A DNA stretch of 64,000 nt from Paragordius varius (Eukaryota > Animalia > Nematomorpha). Where the stretch lies: contig OZ176052.1 of assembly GCA_964247055.1 (NCBI GenBank), positions 3,906,001-3,970,000 on the forward strand, read 5' to 3'. Below are positions 41,423 through 55,376 of the stretch, piece by piece. A program made the position numbers and the translations under genes. The notes beneath the pieces were generated by a model, which was given only the letters and a program-made list of their open reading frames with translations, was not told the DNA's origin and searched no databases. Numbering within the stretch: position 1 is the stretch's first letter; each line of letters opens with the position of its first letter.

Positions 41423-44400
41423 ATGAAAACAATTGGTTTTAGTTTAATCTCATGTTTGATCTTTTGCACAATTTGGGCTGATGAAGATCCTAATACAAAT
41501 ATAACATATATATTACAAAAACAAGGTTAATTCTTTAGTTTTCCATCATTTTCCTTTGTTTATATCAATTTTTTGACTAATTTAATGATCAGTATGCGTT
41601 TAAAATCAAATATAAATATTAATTAGAGACTTCTTTAAATTATATTGAGTTAACCTAGGGTATTGAGGGAGTAGATTTCGTTTATTTTAGTTGGTTTACT
41701 TTTAACATAAAGTTGCCCAGGCTTATTTATTTTTGAATCGTATTTGCTTAAATTGCGGAATAAAAACTATTTTATCTGGGAATATGGTTAACCCCTATGA
41801 TAATAAAGTTTGCAGTTTACACTATGTGTTTTTAACAGGCTTAAAATAAAATAATAAGGGATAGAATTTCTAAAGAAGGGTATTTTGGAAGTATCAAATA
41901 TTTATTTTTCATATAATTAATATGTCATTTTGTTATAAATTTATATCTTTTAATAAATTTGAACAGATTTATGCCTTATTAATGAATCAACTACCTACAG
42001 TTTCAACAGATTGAAAAACGTTTCATGGTAATAACAATGTGAAATTATTATATGTTCATAAGTCTTAACAATCAGCGTATGAAACACTTCCCATATAAAT
42101 TATAAATTTTTGCCATTTTTTTGATTCCAAAATATATTTACAAATTTGTATATATTTTCTTTAAAATAATAAACTCTTTTTGTAAAGATTATTTTTTTGA
42201 AGTGGCCTAAGTGCCTTTAATTAACAATTTTATTTCCCACCGCATAATAAAATAGTTTTAACATTGTTGTATGAAATTTTTAATCGCGCTATATCGACAA
42301 AATAAATGACATTTGTATGCCGATGAATATAAACCATTTATCTAAGTTTTTTAGACCCTTGTTTTTCACAAAAGAGGGGAAAATATAAATATATCTGTCA
42401 CGACTGGTCACATCTAATGTTCCATCTAAAAGTTTTATAAAGAATTTTTAGTAATGTTGATACAATTTCAATATAATTCTTAGGATGAAACTTTTAAACA
42501 TTTATTATAAAAGCAGGTGTGCCGAAAATAGTGAATGTGGAAAACATAAAATATACACATTAACTTAACGAATAGCAAACCTAAAACTTTAGACGATTGA
42601 GTTATGATTTTATGAGCTACTAAAATAAAAAGCATATCAAAATTTTACAACATATTTTTTCGCAATCATTCCAGCATCCATATAAGAAATATTATTATAA
42701 ATAAATCATCTAATTAAAAAAATAAACATATTATAATAAATTTAACTACGATAAATATTTTTAGTATGTGGAGTCTTAATTTTGAGATTTACAAATCCAA
42801 CGATTTTGCCATCTGGGAAACTCCACAAACCCAACACTACCATTTTTTAACAGGACGCACAGTGTATCAGCCTGTATATGATGAAGGAGAAACTTACTGT
42901 TTAACCGTAAATTTGGGTGTATCAGTAAATTAATCATATAACAATTAAACGTTTTATTAAATTTCTTCGCTAACCTTTCCATTTCCTATAAAATCACTTT
43001 TTCTCTATTAAGTAACATGGTTCGTTTGTCTTTTATAAAAATATATATTTAACAATGTATATAATATTATAAATTAGCTTATATACATCCGCTATACTAA
43101 TAAAAAACTAAGATTCTCAAAGAATTGAGACAATTTAAAACTGCTACGGATTACCGCAAAATTGATAATTTAATGAAATTATTGATTAATTAAAGCGATT
43201 TAAATAGGATATTGTTGCAGCTAAACAAAATTTTTAACTTTAAAAACTCCCTAGAAGTTTCCTGAGAAGCATTTTAGTTATTTTCAGTATTTTAAACATA
43301 TTTTACAAACTTTACAACTAAAAGATCATTTATAAATCTTATTAAAGGACTGATATGGTAAACTAAATTTAATAAAACTATAGCAAAAATACGACAAGTA
43401 TTAATAAAAGTTTTTTATGTACGCACATGCACCAGTATTTTTTAGAAATCGATCACCTGGAATTTAGCATTACACAAATTTGCGGCACACAATTGGAATA
43501 TTATGGGACGGTTTATGGTTCAATGATTGACATTTCAGAACAATGTTTTAACCTATCAAATTATAGGTCCTATGTCGGTGGTAATATAACTAAAGTAAAC
43601 TATATTTATTTTGCTACAATGAAAAAAAGGCCATTACTTAATTTTGTTTAAGATTATATCCTTTTAAAGATAAGTGCTGAAACGTTATACATGATAACCC
43701 AATAAAAAGAGATAATTTTTAGGTAAGTTAATGGCTGCAGACGTAGATAGCCTGATAGAAATCTGTTCTAACTCTAGACGTATATTACAAATGGATGAAT
43801 ATATTAAAAATGGAGAAAGTTTATTTAGGATTTTACTCAAAGTCGATGCTTACCATAAACAAATCAACTGAGGATTTTAATTATAGTAATCTTTTCTAAA
43901 AGCTTTATTTCTCTTTGCTCATGGCTTACAATGAGGATAAAAAATTGGGGAGTTTTGGTTTTGAGCTCATAGTTAAAAGTTCGTCTTAAAACCACATTGC
44001 TACTATGCTTTATTTAACCATTAAAATAGTTAATTTAATCCAGGGGTGGCCAAACGGTCGACCGCGGTCTATTTTGTGACCGGGTGATAACGTGACAGTT
44101 TGAAATTTTTAAAATGAAAAAAAAAATATTGCTTAGATTTTTTTAACAATATAATAATTTATTTTCTTAATACATTTTTATTCTGTGTTTAAATTTATTA
44201 ACAAAAATTCATATTAATTTTAATTTTAATATTTTTATTTATCATATTTATTTTATTCGAATTTTATATCCTTTAAAAAATAGTTTTAATTTATCAAAAA
44301 AACCATAGCAGGTATCCTTTAGACTTATATTTAAGTATGATAAAAAATTTAAGCCGAAAAATTGCTAAAATATATGGTTATAGAAATGAATGGGAAGATT

Positions 44401-46276
44401 ATTTTTTTATAATGATAAATGATAAATATACCTGTTTGATATGCAATTCCACCGTGGTCTTGCCTAAAAAGGTAAACCAAAGAAATTTTGCTAGGCCTCA
44501 CATGAAAGTATCAAAAATACAATTCTGATATTCTCAAACCAAAAATCAAGCTATTGGAGCAGTTAAATGCTCAGAAAAACTGCATTGTGAAATACAGCAA
44601 AAAACAAAAAAAATTAATTGCAACTTACAAAATGTCAGAAATCTAAATAAAAACAACAAATCTTTTCAGGACGGAAAAATGCGGATAGTAAATTATGAGG
44701 TTAAAAAAATTATTATGGAATCAATAAAAAGCTTATCCCTATCTTGAAACACTATTATGTGGGGAGGTGATGATCCTAATCAAAATCTTACCGAAATTTT
44801 ACATGGAAATATTAAATCTTGTATATTTTTTCGTGTCAAATTGACGAATCCATCGATTACAGTCAAATTTCGCACGCGTATAATTCGCATGGTCTTTCAT
44901 GACATGTTAACCTCAGTAGAGTTATTGAGCCTCATACCTCTGCACAGATTTTATATTAAATTCATTTAATAATTATATTACAGCCGATTTCAAATCTTGT
45001 AGCCATAAAAATCGACGGAGTTTCAACGATGATTGCAGTAATTAATGGGTTCGTGGCTTGCAAATCTCATAATAATTTCCAAATTTATGAAAAATTACGA
45101 GATTTGGAGTATGGAGAAAGAAATTATAAATATTTGTGCAATATATCTGAGATATCGCATCAAAAGCAAGATCAAGAAATGATTTTAGATAAATTAATTG
45201 TAGATATGAATAATATTTTTCTGAAAATAGATATATTTGTAGTAAAAGTTGTCGTAATCTTACTGAAAACGCAAAGGTTTAACCATCTTACAGCTGTATT
45301 AACTAGTTTACTATGTCAATACCAGTTCCCTTTGACTAAACTTAAAACTGGGGCGCGACACTCTTTTCGATTTGATGTAATTTAATATAAAGCATATGTC
45401 TATTTTTAAAATAAACCATAAAATCATATTATAAACATCTTTGCCAAAAGCTTCATTTTTTTTTTCAATCGTCTGAAATCTGTCTCAAGATGTGCTGTTA
45501 ATTATGCATTGTTAATTTGATAAATTAAATAATGTTAATGTTTTAATATTTGTACTCATTAGGGCATTCAAAGGTCTTCTGAATTAAGATTTATATATTT
45601 GACAAAGATTTTATACAAAAGTAACCACTGAAATATAATTATAATTCGTATTATATATTTCAAAATAGCCTGTGATAGTCACCCCAATCCTTAAATAGAT
45701 ATATAAATAAATATATATATTTGCATCATTTGTGAAATGATAAATGACTCCTTAATACTAAATATTCACAAGTTGATGAAATTTTTCCCAAAATGTAGCC
45801 CGTGGGAAAAAAAGGTTGGCCACCCTGATATGATCCAATGAATCTATTATATTAAATATAAACAACCCATCTTCTAATGTTTACGCTAATGCTAAACTCC
45901 TTTCCTGTTAAAAAATAACCATATATTAAAATTTTTAGCTTGTTTTATACCATCAAAATAAATATGCCGATTTGCAAACGTTTGAATTAGTCAATAAAGA
46001 AACATTTTACGGGACGAAAATACCTCACCCACATATTTTGTATCTAAGTAGCCTTACAAAATATTTGCAAAGCCACGAATTCGATTACCCCTATGATCCA
46101 TTAAACAATACAATTAAATATGTGATGGAAGATTGTCGAACACATATTTTACGTGCGTAAATTACTTGTTTCATATTTATTAAAAACTTCGAATTTATCG
46201 TACTATTTTTGTGCAGATAAAGTATCTCAAAACCTATCACTTCCATACTTTGGGACGTTTCTTGGAAAAGGTAAGG

Positions 46277-46308
<32 letters not shown>

Positions 46309-48792
46309 TATATATATTGGTTGGTAAAATTAATATCACGACATGAATTATTTTATTTATCAATAGAATTGATAATTATCGAAAATTTTATGTGCCAGCA
46401 CGTTCATCAAAGCGGGATCTATAATATAAAATCTGATTTAGCCATATTATTCAGGTGCGTCTTTATGGTTATTTTATATCCCATTTATTATTTAATTAAT
46501 CACCCATCTATGTTAATTATCTACCTAAAGTTCAAATAGCTACATAGAATATGACAACATATTGAAATTTCCAGATAAATTATATTAATAAAACAAAAAA
46601 CTATTCAGATCATTAATTTAGAACATCACTATTTTTGGCTAAATGAATACTTCTGAGCGAATTCATATTTCCTATGATATTGGGCTAAATAAGAAAATTA
46701 AATTACCCGTGATTGTGACCAGAATGTTTTTTTTAGAAATGAAACCAGAATAGGTTAATTCAAAATCAAAACTGTCCTGCTCTCAATCGATCAGGTTACA
46801 GTTCAAGTTAGTTTCAGCGGCCCGAACCTAATTAACAAAGCAAAAAATACTAGAGTCTGCACTTTTATGTTGGCCAAGTAGAGTAGATTATAAATAAAAT
46901 AAATTTTCTTTATAATCAAAAACAAATTAATGTTGTAATATGGGAAAAAATGTTAAATATCAACCATTGGTTATTTTTACCCATACGCTACTTATTGCCA
47001 ATTGGCCAAAAATGAGATTGGCCTTCATAAATGTGCATGCAGTACTTTTTCGCCAAAAATTTCAATTTTCTAATAATATTTTATTCACTTTTAGTATTTT
47101 ATCATCACACCATCCGAATTATTTCGTTTTTTTTCTAAATGGCAAGTTTTATGATTGTGATACGACGATTTATGTTTTAAATTTGATGAAAATTTTGTTT
47201 AATCACATCTTCAGGAATCGTATCATATATTAATTTGTTAGATCCTTAGTTATGATTATTACAAATGCACGGTACAAAACATTACATGCAAGAATTTATC
47301 CTAAGATTGAAAAATCCGAATTTGTCCTATTTGATGAACCTATACAGACATGCGATAAACTTACTTTGTTTCCATCAGATGTTAGCATAGGAGATGGATT
47401 AACACAAATGGAGGATAAATCCAAAAATCCCCACTTAAGATCATACATAAGTTCTTGGCCCTTATTTAATGCATGGGGAGAGGTGAAACAACTAATTTTT
47501 ATTAGGCATTATGTTTAATTTTTTTGGATAAAATTAAACATACATAACCATAAGTATTAGTATGTAATATTTATTTATAGCGGAAAAATAAAAAAAAATA
47601 TGCAGATTATATGCACTTTTATAAGTGCAAAAATGCTTATAAAATTTAGAGCCAATTAGAGGTTATTTTAAAAAATTTTACGATATATTTAAAAATGTAA
47701 CCTATTAACTCTTAAACCTTAACTAAGTGAAATATTTTAGTCAAACAATTATCTCACTAAGATGAATTGTATAAAATATTAAATTATTCTGATCAGAATT
47801 AATTTTATAGATAATAAAATTTACGTTATATTATTAGATAATCACATAATTAACATATGTTTAAACATTTTTTGACTGACATAAAATGGTCACAGTTACG
47901 GTAATAAATGATGTTCATATTCAATACAAATTTAATGTTTCTAATATATTCTATTATACCATATAGTATAAATTCAAACAAAAATATTTTTTGTCACCAA
48001 ATAATACGTTTTGCGACCTTTCCCTCCTGAATTTGGATCGTGGATACGTTTTTAATTATGTAATTCATCCGTATGAGAAGGTGTGATTTTTGTGATGCAG
48101 TTTATATATATATATATACATTTATCATTGCGTCAAAAATTTAGTTTTTAACATTTAAAACATTATCGGATATTTTACATTGGACTAATTATTTTATAAA
48201 TAATATACTCAAAACGTTTTAAATGGATATTTAATTTGGTTAATATCATAGATATGATTTACAGTATAAACTAATTGAATCCCTCAAAGTGTCATATAAA
48301 AATTATAAATAGGAGGAGATCGGTAATGTTTTATGGCAATAGTCGCATTGATTAGTTTAAGCCGATAGAATAATCATAAATCTTAAGGATTTTTTTTAAA
48401 AAAATAGCTCGTAAATAAGAGTGAGTTTATGTTAGTAAAAGGTCTGTAATTAGCTTAATTTCACACATTTTTATGCAATTTAAACGACTTTACAAAAATG
48501 TATACCATTTTGACGGATTTTTTTAAAAAAACAGATTCATTACCAACAAAAAAATGGGACAGTTATAATTACACAATTTTCTGGGAGAAACAATTCAATA
48601 AACAACAACGAAAATATCACCGAAATACGGTATGAAAAAAGTGTCGTTTACAGGTATATGTGTCAAAATGCTTATTTGAACCAGGTCGAGAATTTTGAAA
48701 ATAGCTCGAATTATATCATTACACTCTTTGACATCAATACTAATCAAGGTCGTGACGATTTTTACCTGACAAGGGCAATCAAATTTTGTTAG
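41423..48792 (+). CDS. Orphan secreted glycoprotein (~482 aa, 11 exons); may instead be two genes
   Basis: Signal peptide MKTIGFSLISCLIFCTIWA. Phase-consistent exons: 41423-41525, 42355-42406, 42484-42516, 42765-42906, 43436-43580, 43723-43841, 45939-46152, 46217-46270, 46367-46454, 47242-47482, 48535-48792. Two junctions rely on weak GTC donors. No family recognised. Confidence 0.65.
44041..45827 (+). mobile_element. Decayed hAT (Charlie/SPIN-like) DNA transposon
   Basis: TIRs CAGGGGTGGCCAAAC and GGTTGGCCACCCTG; 8-bp flanks atttaatc/atatgatc (6/8 identical). Internal YRNEWEDYFFIMINDKYTCLICNSTV resembles the GTF2IRD2/SPIN zinc-finger region; the ORF is broken. Confidence 0.85.
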
Positions 48793-49109
48793 GTTTTTAA
48801 ATCATTTCAATTTAATTATTTATTAATTATATAATAATAAATTGTTTGAAAAAATAAATTTATTTTTTCCGTTTTCCCGGTTTTGAGGGTTGACTTTCAT
48901 TCAAAAAATCTTTTTTTAAAGAGTCCAATCTGGTTAACGCACTTGTACTTGTCTGAGTATCAGGTGTTGCCTTATTTAAAAAATTGTAACACATATAACG
49001 TATAAATACCAACAAAAGTGTAAATTTTCCCCAAAACTCTTTAATAAGAAAATTACAATAATTTTTGAATTATGCGTAATAAAATTTTATAATATATAAA
49101 GTAATAATT

Positions 49110-52100
49110 TCATTTTACTTTAAATGGGTTGTGGGGCACAGAAGGAGATTTAGTGGTTGCGTAATTAAGCCATGGATTACTTTCGAATTTCCGTTTAACA
49201 ACTTTAGGCGTTTCATAATTTTCAATATCATCGTTTGAAGCTTTAAAAATCACAATAAAAAATTATACTGTGCATTAACATCAACGAGGATTTGGTATAA
49301 ATTGAAAGAATTTTAAAAATAATTCATAAAAAAATAATTTACATTCATCAGGTTGGTGTTTGTCTTTGGTTGCAGGATTGATATCTTCAATATCATCTCT
49401 GTACAAATGCAATAAAATTATATAGTTTTGAATAGTTTTGTATTTTTATAGACAAAACAAACCAAAGTTATACCTATCTTCAAGAGCATGAAAGCCATTA
49501 ACATAATGTCCACGATTCACATCAGCTCCTTCTGTTGTTGTTCCAAATTGTGGTTCTTTTTTAATCTTTAAGGGAGGAGAATTATTGTTAGACACGTGAG
49601 GCATAGTATCAATTTCATTCTGCAGTGTTTCAACAAAATTATCCATATCCTGGATGAGTTGATTAATTCGTTTGGCCAATGCAAATTTTTTATTTCTTGT
49701 GGCATATTTTAGGCTTGCTTTTAGTACCAGACCCATTTTACTCGTTTCATTGTAATAGGTTTGTAAATCAACATTTTTTTCACTACTACCAAAAATATTC
49801 AATCTTTTATTTAGTGTGTTTAGTTGTGACTCTTTAATATGTGTTAATCTTTCCTGCAAACAATCTTTCATAGATTCAACGACGGTGTATGCGCGCATGT
49901 CCTCACCACTTTGACAGTAGAGCTATATTGTTAAAAAAAGTGTAATCAAAGCATTTAAACAAAAATGTAAAAAGTTGTTCTATAGTCATTAGATTTCTTC
50001 TTTGTTCACCTTTACCTAGATACATTAGTATATTTGCGTTTGATATAGTGTAACAAATTATTTAAATTAAGACTTCTTTGATTAAAATATTATAACAATT
50101 TCATTACTTTAAATAAATTTAAAGTAGACATTAATTTGTATTAAAAACATCGGCGCTTTACGTTAGGATAATAATCCCATGATGGAATTAGATTTTTCGA
50201 TAATGAAATAAACTGTTTATTTATATAATTATAATTTACTGCAAATAATTTCATAAGGCATTTTGATTTTTCAGTTTCCAATTTTTCCTTATCCTGCATT
50301 AATGATGTACATTCATTTTCTGTATAATAATCTTTTCCAGGAATCAAAGTTTTTGTGGATTGCAGATGTAGCGTGATATAATCATTCTTTAAAAATAAAA
50401 AATGAAATCGAATTACAGTAAAAATAATAATTATTAAGACAAAAAACATAAAGAAGAAAGCCATGTTTTAAATAAAACCTACCTATCGTTTTAGTTTAGA
50501 GGTGCAAATTGGTAATTCACATAATTTTTTATTTACAAAAATGTAATCACATAAATTCTAAACATCAAGGATCAAAAAATATGGTTATTAGCTAGGGTTT
50601 TATGAAATTACGAAATAAATTGATCATGTATTGATAAATACCTGTAAAGCATAACTGGACTCAGGTGAATTCAGTTTTAAATCATTCATTTGATTTATAA
50701 GGGGTAATTTGCACCCAAGTAACACAATATTTGGTTTGGGCAGGGTTAGAGGATAGTTTGATCCACGACAAAGGGTAGCTCTAATACATAAAATATAATA
50801 AATATTTATTGATTATATACCAATTTTGATTTATTTAAAATAATTTTTAGTTTAAAAATAGTAAAACATATTGAATAAATGTAAAAAATTACTTAATTTG
50901 TAAGGTTTGAGCCATATCTTGCATTGATTGTATGCCAATAACCCAATAATTATCTGATGGATTAGGGACCTATACAATTTAAAAAATTGATACACATTTA
51001 CCATAATTAATTAGACCCAAATAGTTAAAAATATTTTGTCACTTTATTATATAAGTTATTACAAAAATATAATAATATATTAAATATAATTTAAATAAAA
51101 AAAACTACCGTAACTCACCAAATTTTTAGTGTTAAGTATAGGGATCCATGTGTTGCCAGCAAGTTTTAATATCCATCCAGAACTTAAGACAACGTACAAA
51201 TCAGAGGAACAAAACCTTTGGTCATAGGATAATAATATGAAATTTAAATGTGATTTTATAAATACGCTATATTTTTACCCCTTTGAAATAATCTGGTATT
51301 AATAATCACTCAAATTCGAAATAATTTATAATTTCTAAATAAATGCGTCATCATAAAAAAACCATATCCTTGGTATTTTTTGTGTTTAAATTGGATTTTA
51401 GATATTACTAAGATTCATACTTCAATGTTAAATTAATATTTTTATATTAATAAGTTTTAGTAAAAAAAAATTTACATTATACCCAATCCATACTAATTTA
51501 TCCATATTATCTGTTTTCTTTTCGCCATACACATTATCACTTTCATCAAGTGATTCCAAATTTTTATCTTTTTTCAATCGACCAATGCTTGCCGTGTGAC
51601 AGGGAATGGGAAAATTTGAAATTATGGTTTGTTGCACTTTCACATTGTATAAATATAAACAGGGGCATAAACCATCTAAAATAAGAATGACAAATTATTA
51701 TGATTTTTAATTTAAAAAGATTTAATTATTCTTTGGAATATAATATTTTATAAAAAAAATAATTTTTTACATTGGTTTTCTCATTAGAATTGATAAACTA
51801 AAAAGTTAGAATACTATTAGAATTATAACTTTTTAAACATGAGTTAAAAAAATTTAGGTATGTCCGTTTTCAAAATATTCTTCAGCTCAAACATAGAGTT
51901 TAAATATCCAAAAAAATTTGGTTAAAAGATGATATAACCTAAGTTCAATCTTATTTTGGGAATAAAACAATATATATATATATATATATATCATTTAGAG
52001 TTCATCACCCTTGAAAATTCAAATACACCCTACGATTCAAATTCACCTTGAACAATTCAAATTCCTAGAATAAATTATGTGTTTTTTAAGATCAAAAATT

Positions 52101-52483
52101 AATTTTATCTTATAATATTTTTAAAATATAAAATTTTGTTTAAAATTAATATAATGCTGAAAAAATAATAAACTATATCGTAAAAATATTTTCCATGTTA
52201 AGGATGAGTTATATTCCGAATACACATAATCTATTTTTAGGGTGAATTTGAATTGTAAATGGTATATATAATAATATAAACTTGAATATACGATAGCCAA
52301 CAAATCTGGACATTTATTTTTGGGAGAGTCAAGGACATAATCATTATTAGCATTTGATGCCATACAGATAAATTGCCCAGGTATAAAAAAGGGGGCAAAA
52401 CACCCCTCGATCCCCGTCAAAGTTAAGATTCGAATAAGGTAAGCGTTACACGCCATTGCTAACCAATCTTGACCCAAAACTAA

Positions 52484-52518
<35 letters not shown>

Positions 52519-53602
52519 CATTACCAAAATTTAAGTAATATTAATGGGAAAGTTAAAAATAATAATGAAACGATCTACTACATAACCATAAAAAATTAAA
52601 AGTTATATAAAGACAAAAGGTAAAAACTAAAAAACTAATATTTATACAGCGAAAACAATATTTTTGGCTAATTGCTTTTTTAATTTTAACGTATCCTTTC
52701 TACAACATGAAGAAGAGATCGGAAACACACTTAATTTTATAATTGATTATAATGATATTAGGCATATAATATCTTTTCAAAATAATTTTTACACTTTCTA
52801 AAATATTGAACACCACCCAAACCGTTAAAAAGGGTAAATACAAAAAAATATTTTACCTGAAGATCTTCGTTAGAAGGTAACGTTAGTTCCCATTCTTTTT
52901 CAGTGTGCCAAGCCGTAAAATGAATGCATTTAAGAGCACTAAATTTATAAATTATAGATATATAATATACAGTAGACTCCCTAAAAAGTCCCCTAATAAT
53001 GAGTTTTTTACAAAACAACTTTTGAATTTATATATATATATATTGAATATTAATTATAAAATATTATTAGAGATAATTTATATGAAAATTTCATTTTTCT
53101 CAAAAAGGATTAAAGATACAGATCATAAGCCAAGTTTACCCATAACTGAAGTCATTACAGAGAGTTTTACTGTATAAACATGTTTAACTTAACTTATAAA
53201 CATCACAAATACCATTAACAAATCGCGAACTTACGATAATTGTTTTCGCTTTTGAGATGATCGCCCAAATAAAATAGCTTTGTTCGATACATCAGCCATA
53301 CTATAGTGCTCTGAGCTATTGCGTAACGTTATAGTGTGATGAATAGATTTATCTAAAAATTCGCATTCAATCATAGTTATAGAGCCTTTATCGCTAATAT
53401 GCTCATTTGTATGGATATTTATTGATGAGGCTTCTTGATACGTTTGAATAATGCCAACATCATTCCATTTCTAAATGTTTACGAAATTAGTAGTGGATTA
53501 AGGTAACGACACCATTTTTACAAACTTTAAAAATAACTCATATTTGAAAATTTATTTATATAAATAAAAAATTCTAATCTAAAAATGATTTATATTAGAA
53601 TT

Positions 53603-53635
<33 letters not shown>

Positions 53636-55326
53636 GTATGATGTTTTTTGAAATCGTAAGGCTGTTTTATAGGTACCTTTTTAAGGGCTTATTTATGTCG
53701 TTTCTTTATGGTTATCAATTAATTTGATAAAAAAATTTATCTGGCATACTACTATGAATAAACTAAATGTCATAAAAACTAAAATGATCAAAAAATCTTA
53801 CCAAAAAGTGATCGCCCATATAAGCAGGAGTCGATCCAGGTTGGAATGGTTTTTGCTCAAAACTAGCTGTTTTTAGATTACCTCTATAGTTTATATATAC
53901 CATTTACGATTCAAATTCACCCTTGAACAATTCAAATTCACCCTAAAAATATATTATGTGTTTCTCTGGCTAATATAACTCATCATTAATAAGAATATTC
54001 TTACGGCATAGTTTATTATTTTTTCAGTATTATATTAATTTTGAACGAATTTCGTTTTTAGAAAATATATAAAAATATAGGTAATTTTTAATCTTAATCA
54101 ACACATAATTTATTTTAGGGTGAATTGGGATTGTTCGAGGGTGAATTTGATTGTTCATGGGTGATTTTTAACTGTAAATGGTATATATAATTTTTTATAT
54201 TTCAATTCAATACAATAATAGATAAAGTAAAAATCAAGGTTGGTGTCAATATGTTTTTCGACAATAAAAATATCTTCTGTTGTTTTATAAAAAATTTACT
54301 AAAACTTGATAAAACACAAACTTGTTAAAATAGTCATCACCCAATTCTTTGCGATAAAAATCATTCATGTGTTCATTTGTAAGATGGGTATCGGTATCTT
54401 TCGTATTATTTTCAAATGATACTTTATTCGATGGCGTTATTTTATCATTAGTATTACCATTAAATTTTTGTTTCTCTTTAACAGATATATCCTTTTCAGT
54501 TTGGGCTAAAATGCGTTCATCGTGTTGGATACTTTTGTAATAATTGGCTTTGACTGCACTTATGTCTTCCAATTCGGCCGGGTCATACATATCTTTCGCG
54601 TAATATAAAAGCGGGGAAGAAATATAGGAATAAGAAATTTAACTCCAATATATTATGGGTTTTTATCTTAAAAACATACACTCTATGAAAGAATTTATAT
54701 AATAACGCAAGAATGAAGCATATACAAAAAATGGTAAGGTTATACATTGTATTGAGAATTGAAAATGAGAAAAATCATATAGGTCGAGTTTAAAAACGGT
54801 TCTGGTACCGTTTTATTTCCAAAAAGTTAAAAGAACTATTGCAGTTCTATTTCCTTCTTGCTTTTTTTACTATTATTTAACCAATATTTTACACTCTCAC
54901 CACACATTATTCCCATATAAGAATCTGTTTAAGAAAGTTACCCTCAGGTCTGTAAACTAGAGCAGTAATTTTCTTTTTAGCCGGTGGTGAAAATGTGTTT
55001 TGTCTATTTATTGGATGGCCATCAAGCATTTCATTATCTTTGATTATGGCATCGATATCATTGGAATCTTCTCCAAAATTATCGTAAGGATCTTGGTTAG
55101 TAGAGTTAGAATCAAGTCCGTTTTTTGTGTTACCATTTATTGCATGTGTTAGTTGTGGAATTAATTTTTCAACGTTGGTATAATACCCGTAACCACCCTA
55201 ATTAAAAATATATTTAAACAGTTATAATATTTATTTCTAAAAAATATAAAATGGTTCTGACAAGTAATAAATGCTTAATGAAATATAACGAGGTTAAAAA
55301 ATTAGAGCGTTTATTTTTCATGAGGG

Positions 55327-55376
<50 letters not shown>

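Noticed and set aside
47581-47649. Alternative terminal exon RKNKKKYADYMHFYKCKNAYKI* for the orphan gene
   Set aside because: Short and A-rich; the 48535-48792 exon is longer and more protein-like. It remains possible as a minor isoform.
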